Source: Chthonomonadales bacterium (lineage in GTDB: Bacteria > Armatimonadota > Chthonomonadetes > Chthonomonadales > Chthonomonadaceae). Taken from it: DNA of 19,332 nucleotides. Shown here in pieces: positions 9,637 through 18,644 of the stretch. The notes below the pieces were generated by a model. That model saw only the letters and a list, made by a program, of their open reading frames with translations. It was not told the origin of the DNA and did not search any database. Position 1 is the first letter of the stretch, and each line of letters starts with the position of its first letter. The position numbers were made by a program, and so were the translations under genes. The stretch spans positions 1 through 19,332 of the forward strand of contig JBBQPO010000097.1 in NCBI GenBank assembly GCA_038217285.1, given 5' to 3'.

Positions 9637-11553
9637 ATGAACTACGACGTTATTGTTATTGGAGCGGGGCACGCGGGCTGCGAGGCGGCGCTGGCGGCGG
9701 CGCGGATGGGCTGCAGGACGGCGGTCGTCACGCTGAACCTGGAGCGTATCGGGCATCTGCCTTGCAACTGCTCCATCGGTGGCCCGGCGAAGGGGCATCT
9801 GGCACGGGAAGTGGACGCCCTCGGTGGCGAAATGGGCCGCAATACCGACAAGACTCTGACGCATATTCGCTTCGTCGGAACCGGCAAAGGGCCCGCCGTG
9901 CAGACGCTTCGCGCCCATGCGGACAAGGAACTCTATCCGCAGGAGATGCGCGCCGTTCTGGAGAACACGCCGAACCTGACGGTATTGCAGGCCGCCGCCG
10001 AGGATCTTATCACGGCTGGCGAGCCGGGCGATGGCGGTCACATCGTCGGAGTACGTCTGGCGGACGGCACGGAACTGAGCGCGCGCGCCGTTCTGGTCAC
10101 GACCGGAACGTTTCTCAACGGCCTGATGCACTGCGGCGAGGATCAGACGCACGGCGGACGCGTCGGGGAGGCGCGGAGCGTGGGCCTGTCGGCGGCGCTG
10201 GTGCGCCTCGGTTTTCGCCTCGGACGCTTCAAGACCGGCACCACGCCGCGCATCGATGCCCGCACGGTCGATTTCGATGCGACCCTGACGTTTCCTTCCG
10301 AAGAGTGCCCGCCCTTCTCCTTTCTTAACGAACGGCTGGAGACGCCCTTTCCGTTGCTTCCCTGCTGGCAGACCCACACAAACACCGGTACCCACGATAT
10401 CATCCGCGAGAATCTGCACCTTTCCGCGATGTACGCCGGGCGGATCCACGGTATCGGGCCGCGCTACTGCCCGAGTATCGAGGACAAGGTGGTGCGGTTC
10501 GCCGATAAGGATTCGCATCCGGTCTTTCTGGAGCAGGAGACCTGGCAGGGGCCTTCGCTCTATGTCCAGGGGATGTCTACGAGTCTGCCCGCCGACGTTC
10601 AGATCCTGTTTCTGAGGACGCTGCCGGGGCTGGAGCGCGTCGAGATGTTGCGACCGGGCTACGCCGTGGAGTACGACATGGTGTTCCCCGACCAACTCCA
10701 CGCCACCCTGGAGACCAAAACGGTGCGCGGACTGTTTCTCGCCGGGCAGATCAACGGCACCAGCGGCTACGAGGAGGCGGCGGCGCAAGGGCTGGTTGCG
10801 GGAATCAATGCCGCGTTGCTGGCCCAGGGCCGACCGCCGCTCGTCCTGGAGCGCCAGGGCAGCTATATCGGCGTCCTGATCGATGACCTCGTGACCAAGG
10901 GCGTCAACGACCCTTACCGGATGCTCACCTCCCGCGCCGAGTATCGCCTGCTTCTGCGCCATGACAACGCCGATCTGCGCCTCACGCCTCTGGGCCGCGA
11001 GGCTGGACTGGTGACGGAGGCGCGCTGGCAGGTTTTCGAGGCCAAGCGCGACGCCATCGAGCGCGAGACGCACCGCTTCGCCACCACGTTCGTTCGGCCC
11101 CGCGACAGCGCGGATCTGGAGGCGCTGGGCACCGCGGGTGTCACCGAAAACCGGATCTCTCTGCTCTCCCTGCTGCGCCGTCCCGAACTCGACTATCCGC
11201 TTCTCGACACGCTGGCCCGCAAGCTTGACCCGGAGAACGCGCCTGCAAAGACGGTGGCCCGTGCCGTCGGCGAACAGGTCGAGATTCAGGCCCGGTACGA
11301 AGGCTATATTCTGCGCCAGGGCGAACAGGTCGCGCAGGCGGCGCGTATGGAAGCGGTCCTGATCCCCGAAGATGTCGATTATGCCGTTGTCCGCGCACTC
11401 TCGCATGAAGGCCGCGAAAAACTGGCGAAGGTGCGTCCGCGCTCGCTCGGCCAGGCCGCGCGAATTCCCGGCCTGCGCCCCGGCGACATCCAGGTGCTCA
11501 GCATCCACATCGAACAGCGCCGCCGCGTTCAGGCAGAAGCCGTCACCGCCTGA
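9637..11553 (+). CDS. mnmG: tRNA uridine-5-carboxymethylaminomethyl(34) synthesis enzyme MnmG (GidA)
   Basis: [73 protein letters not shown] and [12 protein letters not shown]. 638 aa from ATG 9637. Confidence 0.99.
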   Translation: MNYDVIVIGAGHAGCEAALAAARMGCRTAVVTLNLERIGHLPCNCSIGGPAKGHLAREVDALGGEMGRNTDKTLTHIRFVGTGKGPAVQTLRAHADKELYPQEMRAVLENTPNLTVLQAAAEDLITAGEPGDGGHIVGVRLADGTELSARAVLVTTGTFLNGLMHCGEDQTHGGRVGEARSVGLSAALVRLGFRLGRFKTGTTPRIDARTVDFDATLTFPSEECPPFSFLNERLETPFPLLPCWQTHTNTGTHDIIRENLHLSAMYAGRIHGIGPRYCPSIEDKVVRFADKDSHPVFLEQETWQGPSLYVQGMSTSLPADVQILFLRTLPGLERVEMLRPGYAVEYDMVFPDQLHATLETKTVRGLFLAGQINGTSGYEEAAAQGLVAGINAALLAQGRPPLVLERQGSYIGVLIDDLVTKGVNDPYRMLTSRAEYRLLLRHDNADLRLTPLGREAGLVTEARWQVFEAKRDAIERETHRFATTFVRPRDSADLEALGTAGVTENRISLLSLLRRPELDYPLLDTLARKLDPENAPAKTVARAVGEQVEIQARYEGYILRQGEQVAQAARMEAVLIPEDVDYAVVRALSHEGREKLAKVRPRSLGQAARIPGLRPGDIQVLSIHIEQRRRVQAEAVTA

Positions 11554-11600
11554 GAATGGCGACAACCTTGCCGCCTCTTGCGCTCGGAGGAGCCTCCACG

Positions 11601-12938
11601 ATGTTTGCCAAAGCGATAGTGCTGATCTGCCTTATCACCTGTTTGAGCGGAGGAGAGGGCCTTGCGCAGGATCGGCCCCTTCCCGCCAGTAAACCCGCTG
11701 TCCGGGGACTCATAACCATCATGCACACGCTTCCTACCACGGGAAACTATCTTCCCGCGCTCGGCAGTTTCGACGAGACGATTCTCGCCTACATGGAAAC
11801 CAACCATATTCCCGGTGCCTCCTTCGCCATCGTGAAAGAGGGGCAGTTGATCTATGCGCGCGGCTACGGCTATGCAAATAGCGAAGAGAAGGAGCCCGCA
11901 ACCCCGACCTCGCTCTTCCGCCTCGCCAGCGTCTCCAAGCCGATCACGGCCGTTGCGATTATGACGCTGGTACAGAGTGGGAAGCTCAAACTGGACGAAC
12001 CTGCCTTTCCGCTGCTCGATTTCCGGCCATTTCTCCCACCCGGTCATAATCAAGATCCACGCCTCGATTCCATCACTGTGCGACAGTTGCTGGAGCACTC
12101 CGGCGGCTGGGATCGTGACAAGAGCGGCGACATCATGTTCAAGCACTTTCAGGTCGCAGCGGACATGGGGGTCGCCTCACCGCCTGACCATGAGTCGTTG
12201 ATCCGCTGGGCGATGGGCCAATCGCTCGACTTCACGCCCTGCAGTCAGTATGCCTATTCGAACTTCGGATATTGCGTGCTGGGGCGGGTCATCGAGAAGG
12301 TCAGCGGGGTGTCCTACGAAAAGTATGTGCAGACGACGGTGCTGGCGCCCATGGGCATTCATTCCATGCGGATCGGTAGAGGACGGCTTTCAGAACGTTT
12401 CCCGCACGAGGTACGCTACTACGACTCTGAAAACCGGACGGAACGTTCGGTCTTCTCCGCAGACGGCCTCGATCCGGTTCCGCTTCCCTACGCATTCGCC
12501 TCGCCGCAGACCATGGACGCGCACGGCGGCTGGATCGCGTCGGCGGTAGATGTGGCCCGATTTATGGCGAAACTCGATGTTCCCGGCAAACGGCCGCTGC
12601 TTTCCAAAGCCACGGTTGCCACCATGTTCGCCCGCCCCGAACCTCCGCTCGGCCTCGACCCCGACGGCGCACCGAGCGCTGCCTACTACGCTCTCGGATG
12701 GCAGGTGCGCCCTGTCGGGAACGACGGCAAAGCGAACTACTGGCACAACGGCGCCATGCCGGGCACCTCGACCCTGATGGTACGCCTCTCCAATGGTCTC
12801 TCCTGGGTCATCCTCTTCAACTCCCGTGCCGACGGCGCCATCGACGGCCTCCTACACCAGGCCGCCGCGAAAGTGACCGCCTGGCCCGAACAGAACCTCT
12901 TCCCCGTCTACGGAGAGGGCTCAAGCACACATCCCTGA
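11601..12938 (+). CDS. Secreted serine hydrolase, beta-lactamase/S12 peptidase family
   Basis: Signal peptide MFAKAIVLICLITCLSGGEGLA. SxxK (FRLASVSKP), LLEHSGG, YxN (YAYSNFGY) and WHNGAMPG. GGAGGAG RBS at 11586-11592; alternative ATG at 11556. Confidence 0.92.
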   Translation: MFAKAIVLICLITCLSGGEGLAQDRPLPASKPAVRGLITIMHTLPTTGNYLPALGSFDETILAYMETNHIPGASFAIVKEGQLIYARGYGYANSEEKEPATPTSLFRLASVSKPITAVAIMTLVQSGKLKLDEPAFPLLDFRPFLPPGHNQDPRLDSITVRQLLEHSGGWDRDKSGDIMFKHFQVAADMGVASPPDHESLIRWAMGQSLDFTPCSQYAYSNFGYCVLGRVIEKVSGVSYEKYVQTTVLAPMGIHSMRIGRGRLSERFPHEVRYYDSENRTERSVFSADGLDPVPLPYAFASPQTMDAHGGWIASAVDVARFMAKLDVPGKRPLLSKATVATMFARPEPPLGLDPDGAPSAAYYALGWQVRPVGNDGKANYWHNGAMPGTSTLMVRLSNGLSWVILFNSRADGAIDGLLHQAAAKVTAWPEQNLFPVYGEGSSTHP

Positions 12939-12978
12939 GTCTGAGAATCGTTTCAAAGTCGAACTCTTCTGGGGGCAT
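12937..12978 (-). pseudogene. 5' stub of a probable nucleotidyltransferase-family partner gene
   Basis: ATG at 12978 overlaps the end of the small upstream ORF and reads MPPEEFDFETILRL. The frame then runs antisense into the hydrolase gene at its stop codon, without the expected VxFxxxGG motif. Family identity is inferred from context. Confidence 0.45.
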
Positions 12979-13168
12979 TTCTCAACCTTTGGGCCGATGT
13001 GGCGTACCGCTGGGCTGTCCGAAGACGCTCGAGTGGGGAGAGCGAGAGCATCCACCGAATCAGGGTCAGATCGACCCCGGCGTCGTCGTATGTCGGAAGC
13101 GCTGACTCCGTTGCGGTGTTTGCATCGTCATCCGTGCGCACCGCAGGATACGCCTCTAATCGTTCTAT
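12953..13168 (-). pseudogene. Small GVDLTLIRWMLSLSPLERLR protein, usually found before a nucleotidyltransferase; probable start codon reads ATA
   Basis: Motif YDDAGVDLTLIRWMLSLSPLERLR. A strong SD (AAGGAG, 13177-13182) lies 8 nt upstream of an in-frame ATA at 13168 rather than an ATG. The ORF-track TTG start at 13192 lacks a comparable SD. Confidence 0.6.
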
Positions 13169-13321
13169 GGTCGTTTCTCCTTGGGCGCCCAAGTCTCCAC
13201 GGCAGGAAGTGTCGAGAAGAAGAAGATTGGGAGCTTTTTCTTGTTTCCCTATTCATGCGAGTAGGCACCGTATTCCTTCACGAGAGAGGACGTGAAGCGT
13301 GATGAGGTTCCGCATGGCTGC

Positions 13322-16129
13322 TTACGGGCTCGGTGAAACAGGGCGCGTCTGGATTTCCAGACAGTGTTGCGACAGCCGTTGACAGTAGAGGCAATTGCAG
13401 CCGGGTTGGAGGAGGGCTTGGGGCGTCTCGCGCATGACTTCTGCTTGCGCTTCGATAGCATCGGTGCAGCGCATGGTGCGAAGGGTATCTTCCCCAAGGG
13501 TGACGTCCTGGATCAGGCCACGAGCATAGAGTTTCTCGTAGGTGGGCGCGAAGCGCACATGCCAGGGGCAGTCTGGCACCAGCACCTCGTTTCGCGTGCC
13601 GCCTTCTATAACCGGGCAGAGGAAGTCCAGGAGCGGCAGGCCGGCCCGATACTCTCCTACATGCATGACCGTATTCGAGGTTGAGGGACAGAACAGCAGT
13701 ATCTTAGCGTTCAGTTCAGCTAACCGACCCAGCGGGCCGTCCGGGCTGAGCGGCGAACGGGTATGGTCGTGGCCGGCCAGGAGGGCGGAGGCGTGTTTGC
13801 CGATGGCCGCAAAAGAGTGTGTTGGATGGGCGCTGCGCAGGACGCCGGGCCGTCTCCAGAAGCGATCCGTCATCGCACCGACCCGCGACGGAGTCGTGCG
13901 CGGGTCGTAGGGCAAGCGTCCGATCCAGGAGAAGGTGAAGGTCGGCATGACGAGCGTGCCCTCTGAACCGAGGATCGCGAGGAGCGTGTCTGTCAGGCCC
14001 TCCGCCCCGCCCTCGATGTACCCGAACCGGCTCAACGCGAAATGGCCCAGCACGACATCGCCGTTCTCCAACCCCGCCCTCTTGAGCGCACTCCTGACTT
14101 CCGCCTGCGTCAGGTAAGGGCGCAATCGGACCATGTCGCGATGCGCGAGAAAGTCGAAGATCTGTTCCAGACGCCTTACCCCAGGCCCATTTCCGGTATG
14201 AAGTTGGAGGAGTGATGCGATCTCCCCGGCGGTACGTTTGCCGTTGGCAAGCATGAGCGCGTTCTGCAGCCACATCGGTGCTCCCCAGCCATGGGGGAAC
14301 TCCAGCACGGTATGGAGATAGTCCCGATCCATCGCGTTCAGATCCTCGAAGGCGGCAAAGCCCCGAAAGGTCTTTAAGGGCACACAGCGACTCACCGCCA
14401 CTGGCTCCTCTTCCACCGGGATCGCGGTCCTGAAGAACTCTTGGGCCTGACGCCGCATCCGGGCACGGGCCTCGTCGTGAGCACGATTTATGTGTATTTT
14501 GAGGGCGGAGACGCGCTCCTGAAAGAGCTCTTGTGGCAGCAGAAGATCCGGACCAACCAGGTTTTGGCGTTGCTCGGCCATGATCGCCGGGGTGGGGAGC
14601 AGAGGGACAGAAGGCACCAGGTGGTTGAGCGAACCCAGCTTCTGAGAGTAACGGTCATAGAGGCTTGTGAGTTGCCGCTGCAGTTGCGCGGTTTGCGTCG
14701 GGTCGGAGCCTCCGTGGTGACTCTTCGCAACGATCTCCTGAAAGCGGCCTGCGGCCTGATTTCCCACCAACTCTACGAGCCAGAGCGCTTCCGGCAGTCC
14801 GGCGTTGGCCAGGAAAGCCGTATAGGTCGCCGCCACACGGGCCATATCCTCCAGCATTCGCCCCGAGATCCGATCCGGCGTGTCCGTCGCCAGATGGTGG
14901 GTCGCGTTGTAGTGCCAGAGCGCCGGGGTCGGCGCTCCGATCAGAGGCTCCCCGAAGATATTATCGATGATGTCGGCGTCTGCCCGACGCCAGCGAAAAA
15001 GCGGGCTCTGCTCCGCCAGAAGGGTGAGCAGTTCGGCGACAAAATCGTCTGTGTAGGAGGGTAGGGCGACAAAACTGTCGGAGAGCGTGCAGGTCGAGGT
15101 GACGCTGTTCTGATCCGTGCCGACCGTGTCGATGTTCAGGCCGGCCCGCATATACCGGGTCTCTTCCTCGTTCTGAATCAGGGCGTTGAAGCCGCGCACC
15201 TCCATCGGAAACAGCACCCGGATGCTGCGCCGCAACGGCGGGATCTCCCCGGCTTGCAGCATCGAGCGGATCGCACGGCAGACCTCCAGCGCAACAGCGA
15301 CCTGCGAACAGTTGTCGTCGGCTCCGTTCTCGTCATAGTGGCCCGTCAGAACGATCTCCTCCGGCTCCAGACCACGCAGTCGGCCGCTGACGACGGGCAA
15401 GCTTCCATCGTAATGGCGGGATTTGACGAGAGCGTGGAGCCGCACGGTCTGCCCCTCGGAGAGGAGACCGCGCAGGTGCCGGCCCTGCTCCGGGGAGAGG
15501 GAGAAGCCGAAGCCTTTGCCGGGATCGTCCCAGGGCGGGATGGTGTAGTTATGCCACTCGTTGGTGAGGTCCAACTCCGGGCCATTCTTAAAGAAGCGGT
15601 GCGCATTGCGGCAGTCGCTGACCAGGCCATACGCGCCCGCCCGCATGGCGGCCTGCCCAAACTCTACGCCGATCCCGGAGGTCAGCACCAGGCGTCCCGA
15701 TACACGTTCGGGCGTCATCTCCTCCAGGCTATCTGCCACCGTGAGATCGGCGGTGATCCCTTCCGGTGGGGTGGGGAGACTGTACATCATAAGGCTGACG
15801 GGATTACGATGATAGTCCGCGAGTGTCGTGTCCGGCGCCTCCGGCGCAAGCAACGTCAGGCGTGCCTCCTGGACATCGTAGGCCCGGGGCATCGTCCACC
15901 CGCCGTGCGCGGTCCGGCCATCCGCTGGGAACTCGATGAGCCGCACCTCTTCCATTCCCAGCGCTTCCATCTTCTCGGCGATCCGTTGTGCCAGGCCGAC
16001 GATCTTATCGAAGGAGGACCAGCGCGAGAACTCAAAGAACTCGGCAATCTCGGCCCGCATTCGTTCGGCCGAAAGATGGGCATGAACTGCCTTCCAGATC
16101 GGTGTATACAAGTGGCGCTCCCTCCGCAT
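13322..16129 (-). CDS. Fusion protein: DUF4910/M28 Zn-peptidase-like domain + winged helix + AAC(3)-family N-acyltransferase
   Basis: N-terminal WTMPRAYDVQEARL...SLMMYS insert; M28-like metal ligands GHYD, GADDNCS, PME, NIDTVG and HHLATD; HTH LMLANGKRTAGEIA. C-terminal AAC(3) motifs (about 13322-14113): GDVVLGHFALSRFG, GTLVMPTFT, PSRVGAMTD, RSAHPTHSFAAIG and NTVMHVGE, with terminal CNCLYC. Confidence 0.88.
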   Translation of the reverse strand: MRRERHLYTPIWKAVHAHLSAERMRAEIAEFFEFSRWSSFDKIVGLAQRIAEKMEALGMEEVRLIEFPADGRTAHGGWTMPRAYDVQEARLTLLAPEAPDTTLADYHRNPVSLMMYSLPTPPEGITADLTVADSLEEMTPERVSGRLVLTSGIGVEFGQAAMRAGAYGLVSDCRNAHRFFKNGPELDLTNEWHNYTIPPWDDPGKGFGFSLSPEQGRHLRGLLSEGQTVRLHALVKSRHYDGSLPVVSGRLRGLEPEEIVLTGHYDENGADDNCSQVAVALEVCRAIRSMLQAGEIPPLRRSIRVLFPMEVRGFNALIQNEEETRYMRAGLNIDTVGTDQNSVTSTCTLSDSFVALPSYTDDFVAELLTLLAEQSPLFRWRRADADIIDNIFGEPLIGAPTPALWHYNATHHLATDTPDRISGRMLEDMARVAATYTAFLANAGLPEALWLVELVGNQAAGRFQEIVAKSHHGGSDPTQTAQLQRQLTSLYDRYSQKLGSLNHLVPSVPLLPTPAIMAEQRQNLVGPDLLLPQELFQERVSALKIHINRAHDEARARMRRQAQEFFRTAIPVEEEPVAVSRCVPLKTFRGFAAFEDLNAMDRDYLHTVLEFPHGWGAPMWLQNALMLANGKRTAGEIASLLQLHTGNGPGVRRLEQIFDFLAHRDMVRLRPYLTQAEVRSALKRAGLENGDVVLGHFALSRFGYIEGGAEGLTDTLLAILGSEGTLVMPTFTFSWIGRLPYDPRTTPSRVGAMTDRFWRRPGVLRSAHPTHSFAAIGKHASALLAGHDHTRSPLSPDGPLGRLAELNAKILLFCPSTSNTVMHVGEYRAGLPLLDFLCPVIEGGTRNEVLVPDCPWHVRFAPTYEKLYARGLIQDVTLGEDTLRTMRCTDAIEAQAEVMRETPQALLQPGCNCLYCQRLSQHCLEIQTRPVSPSP

Positions 16130-16271
16130 TTGCTCTTTACATTGTGTTCTTGAAGAGGCTATTCCTGCCTCTGAACCGTGCCAGCAATGTGAATTGGCGA
16201 GAGAAGGATCCTACTATTAGCAAGCCCCAGAATGGCGGCGAACCCTGACGCCGACGCGTTTGCGGAACACT

Positions 16272-16318
16272 TCCACGGCATGGGAACTGATCCACGGCAT
16301 GGGAACTGATCCCTGGCA
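16272..16318. repeat. 19-bp tandem duplication
   Basis: TCCACGGCATGGGAACTGA at 16272-16290 and 16291-16309, plus a partial third copy TCCCTGGCA. Confidence 0.9.
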
Positions 16319-16392
16319 ATGCCGATGAGAGAAAAGCGGCCTGGGATATGTTTTATGAAAACCGCTCCCTGTGGTGCCTGGAGGATAAAGGC

Positions 16393-16478
16393 CTTCTGGA
16401 TCGGAAGGCGGATGTCAACGCGCAGAACAAGCAGGGGGGACGCCCTTGATGTTCGCCGCCAAAAACGGACGCTTGGAA
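16393..16478 (+). pseudogene. Frameshifted ankyrin-repeat gene fragment
   Basis: LLDRKADVNAQNKQG in one frame continues as TPLMFAAKNGRLE after a 1-nt shift in the G6 run (16434-16439). This matches the ankyrin consensus LLxxGADVNxxDxxGxTPLHxAAxxGHLE. Confidence 0.8.
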
Positions 16479-16506
16479 TCTGAAGCATGCCGGCGGTCAG
16501 TGATCT

Positions 16507-18576
16507 CTACTTTCCTGTGGCACCGCTGCCCAGCGAACCGAGCAGCACACGGAACGGGCCGAATGCTGCCTCTACAACCCGACCCGCCTCTGCTTTACGA
16601 TCCGTTCCACTCCAGATGATCTCCGTCACAAATGTGAATTCGCTTGTGACGGTTTCCATCTGTGGGGTGATCACGAAATATTCCACCAGCGGATAGGCGA
16701 CCGCGACACTTTGATTTAACGTGGCGAATTCAATCCGAACCTGTTGATAACCGTCTTTGTAGGCCTGCACCAGGGCTACTTCCAGTCTCCCCGCCAAACC
16801 GGCAAGCTGTCCCATAAGGTTGCTGGAACCCGTCGCTGCACCTGGCCCACTTGCAGGCGGGTTTGCACCGGAGGAAGCCCCAGGATTAATGATCGTAACA
16901 CTAGGCTGAGCGCTCGCCTGTGTGCTTGACTTACGCAAACCCAACGTGCCGAGGATGAGTCCTACAATAGGCACGGTTCCGGTGGTGGCGACTGTAGCGG
17001 GGGTCAACTGGTGGCTCAGGAAGAGCAGAACAACCAGCAGCATAGTGAACCCTAACCCCACTACGCCTATGAGCAGGAGAAAAGGCTGCGCGTCGGCCAT
17101 CGCCTGTTTGCGGGCCGCCGCACCCTTCTGTTGAAGATCATCCTGTACTTTCGTCATCACCTCGTCCAGTGCATCCTGTAAGATACGCTTCGTTACGCTT
17201 TCGACGCTGTAGGCTCGTAAGCCCTGTTGTCCGGTGATCAGCGATTGCCACACATCGGACTGTTCCCGAAGTGCGACGCATAACTGATTACTGAGATCCA
17301 GCGTAAATGTCGGCACCCTGGGCGGGGCGGGTACAGTGGAGGCCACCGGAACGGGTACATTGGAGTCCGCCGGAACGAGCACAGTGGAGGCCACCGGAAC
17401 GGGTGGCAGTGCGTTGGTTATCCAGGCTACCGCGCGCTGCCAGTAGTCCAGGCTCTGCTTCACGGCATGAACCATCTGGTTCGGCAGGTCGGGATTGGGC
17501 CAGACGAGCAAGGCATCGTCGGGCGAGCGTTGCTGGGTCGGATTGAGTCGAAAGTAAGCATCCTCGAAAGCCGTGCTCAGCGCCGCAATTTGATGTTGCG
17601 CATGAATGATGGCGCGCGGATCGAACGTCTCCTGCCATGCCTTCTTCAGATCCTCCGCCACCGCAGACACACTCGAGTTGTTCGCTTGCGCTTGAGCCGT
17701 CCGCATGGACATCCCCCAGGATAAGGACGCGATCGAACGTCCGGCTTCATAGGCGACGAGCATGGTCTCATTCTGCTTCAACGCAATACTCGCGTAATAG
17801 TTTTCGCGCAGATATCCATCCCAGGCTTGCAGAAATTTGACCGTCAGTTCGCTGAGGTTGATAATGGCTTCCTGGAGTGTGGTATCGTCCAACTTGAACT
17901 CTGCCGGTGGCTCGGGCCACATGCTAAGCACTGCCGCGCCCGTTGCATCCATTCCTACCGTGCCGGCATCACCGCCTCCCCCACCCGGCTTCAACGCCCC
18001 CTTTTCCACGAACCAGGCGAGACGGGTTTGGGACTTTATAATTTCGTCCTTTATCAGGCTCTCCTCAGGATTGACAAGGAGAAGCGTCAGGCAGTTGATG
18101 GCACGGCGTGTAACGTCATAAAGTTGAAAATCCTTGAGAACCGGCGCACCGGTCGGGTCCATTCCACTGATGCCGATATCGGCATAGTCGGGCGTGGGAG
18201 GATAGAGATACGGCAGCACACTGGGCCCAGGGGGCGCATAGAGCGTCTTCGCCGTGGCGCTATTCGGAAACGCAACTGCGTGTAAGTTTGCGATATGGCT
18301 AAACCGCGCCCGCCACGTACTCGCAAGCCAGAAACTGGCGTTGCTGTCGGTAATAAGCGCCATCGCCTTGGGTTGACTGCCGGCAGCATTGCCACTGGGC
18401 TCGGTGAGAGTGGAGTCCGGCGGTGGCTCGTCAGTACGGCATCTTTCGATCGCTACGATTTGAACCCGGCTTATCAACTCAGTGAGCGTCCAGCCGAGTG
18501 AGAAAGCGTTGCATAATACGGCAGCCTGACCGTCCTGGTATATCCCGATGACAGGTGGGTTGTTCGGCGCATCCAT
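16507..18576 (-). CDS. Hypothetical membrane protein, 689 aa, helical with two C-terminal hydrophobic segments
   Basis: Long ORF with AGAAAGG RBS. Hydrophobic FLLLIGVVGLGFTMLLVVLLFLS and TVPIVGLILGTLGL segments. No catalytic motif recognised. Confidence 0.8.
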   Translation of the reverse strand: MDAPNNPPVIGIYQDGQAAVLCNAFSLGWTLTELISRVQIVAIERCRTDEPPPDSTLTEPSGNAAGSQPKAMALITDSNASFWLASTWRARFSHIANLHAVAFPNSATAKTLYAPPGPSVLPYLYPPTPDYADIGISGMDPTGAPVLKDFQLYDVTRRAINCLTLLLVNPEESLIKDEIIKSQTRLAWFVEKGALKPGGGGGDAGTVGMDATGAAVLSMWPEPPAEFKLDDTTLQEAIINLSELTVKFLQAWDGYLRENYYASIALKQNETMLVAYEAGRSIASLSWGMSMRTAQAQANNSSVSAVAEDLKKAWQETFDPRAIIHAQHQIAALSTAFEDAYFRLNPTQQRSPDDALLVWPNPDLPNQMVHAVKQSLDYWQRAVAWITNALPPVPVASTVLVPADSNVPVPVASTVPAPPRVPTFTLDLSNQLCVALREQSDVWQSLITGQQGLRAYSVESVTKRILQDALDEVMTKVQDDLQQKGAAARKQAMADAQPFLLLIGVVGLGFTMLLVVLLFLSHQLTPATVATTGTVPIVGLILGTLGLRKSSTQASAQPSVTIINPGASSGANPPASGPGAATGSSNLMGQLAGLAGRLEVALVQAYKDGYQQVRIEFATLNQSVAVAYPLVEYFVITPQMETVTSEFTFVTEIIWSGTDRKAEAGRVVEAAFGPFRVLLGSLGSGATGK
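17333..17404. repeat. In-frame 24-bp tandem repeat, three copies
   Basis: ACAGTGGAGGCCACCGGAACGGGT / ACATTGGAGTCCGCCGGAACGAGC / ACAGTGGAGGCCACCGGAACGGGT, encoding PVPVASTV-LVPADSNV-PVPVASTV on the minus strand. Confidence 0.9.
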
Positions 18577-18644
18577 GAGCGTAACCTTTCTGAAAAATCA
18601 AGTGTTATTAGTGACAGTGAGTCAAACCGAATAGTGCGATGCTT

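Noticed and set aside
9589-11565. 658-aa minus-strand ORF
   Set aside because: It is the antisense shadow of mnmG.
11601-12938. Calling the hydrolase a true AmpC beta-lactamase
   Set aside because: SxxK, YxN and HxG are shared by S12 peptidases and esterases, and the class C KTG motif is absent.
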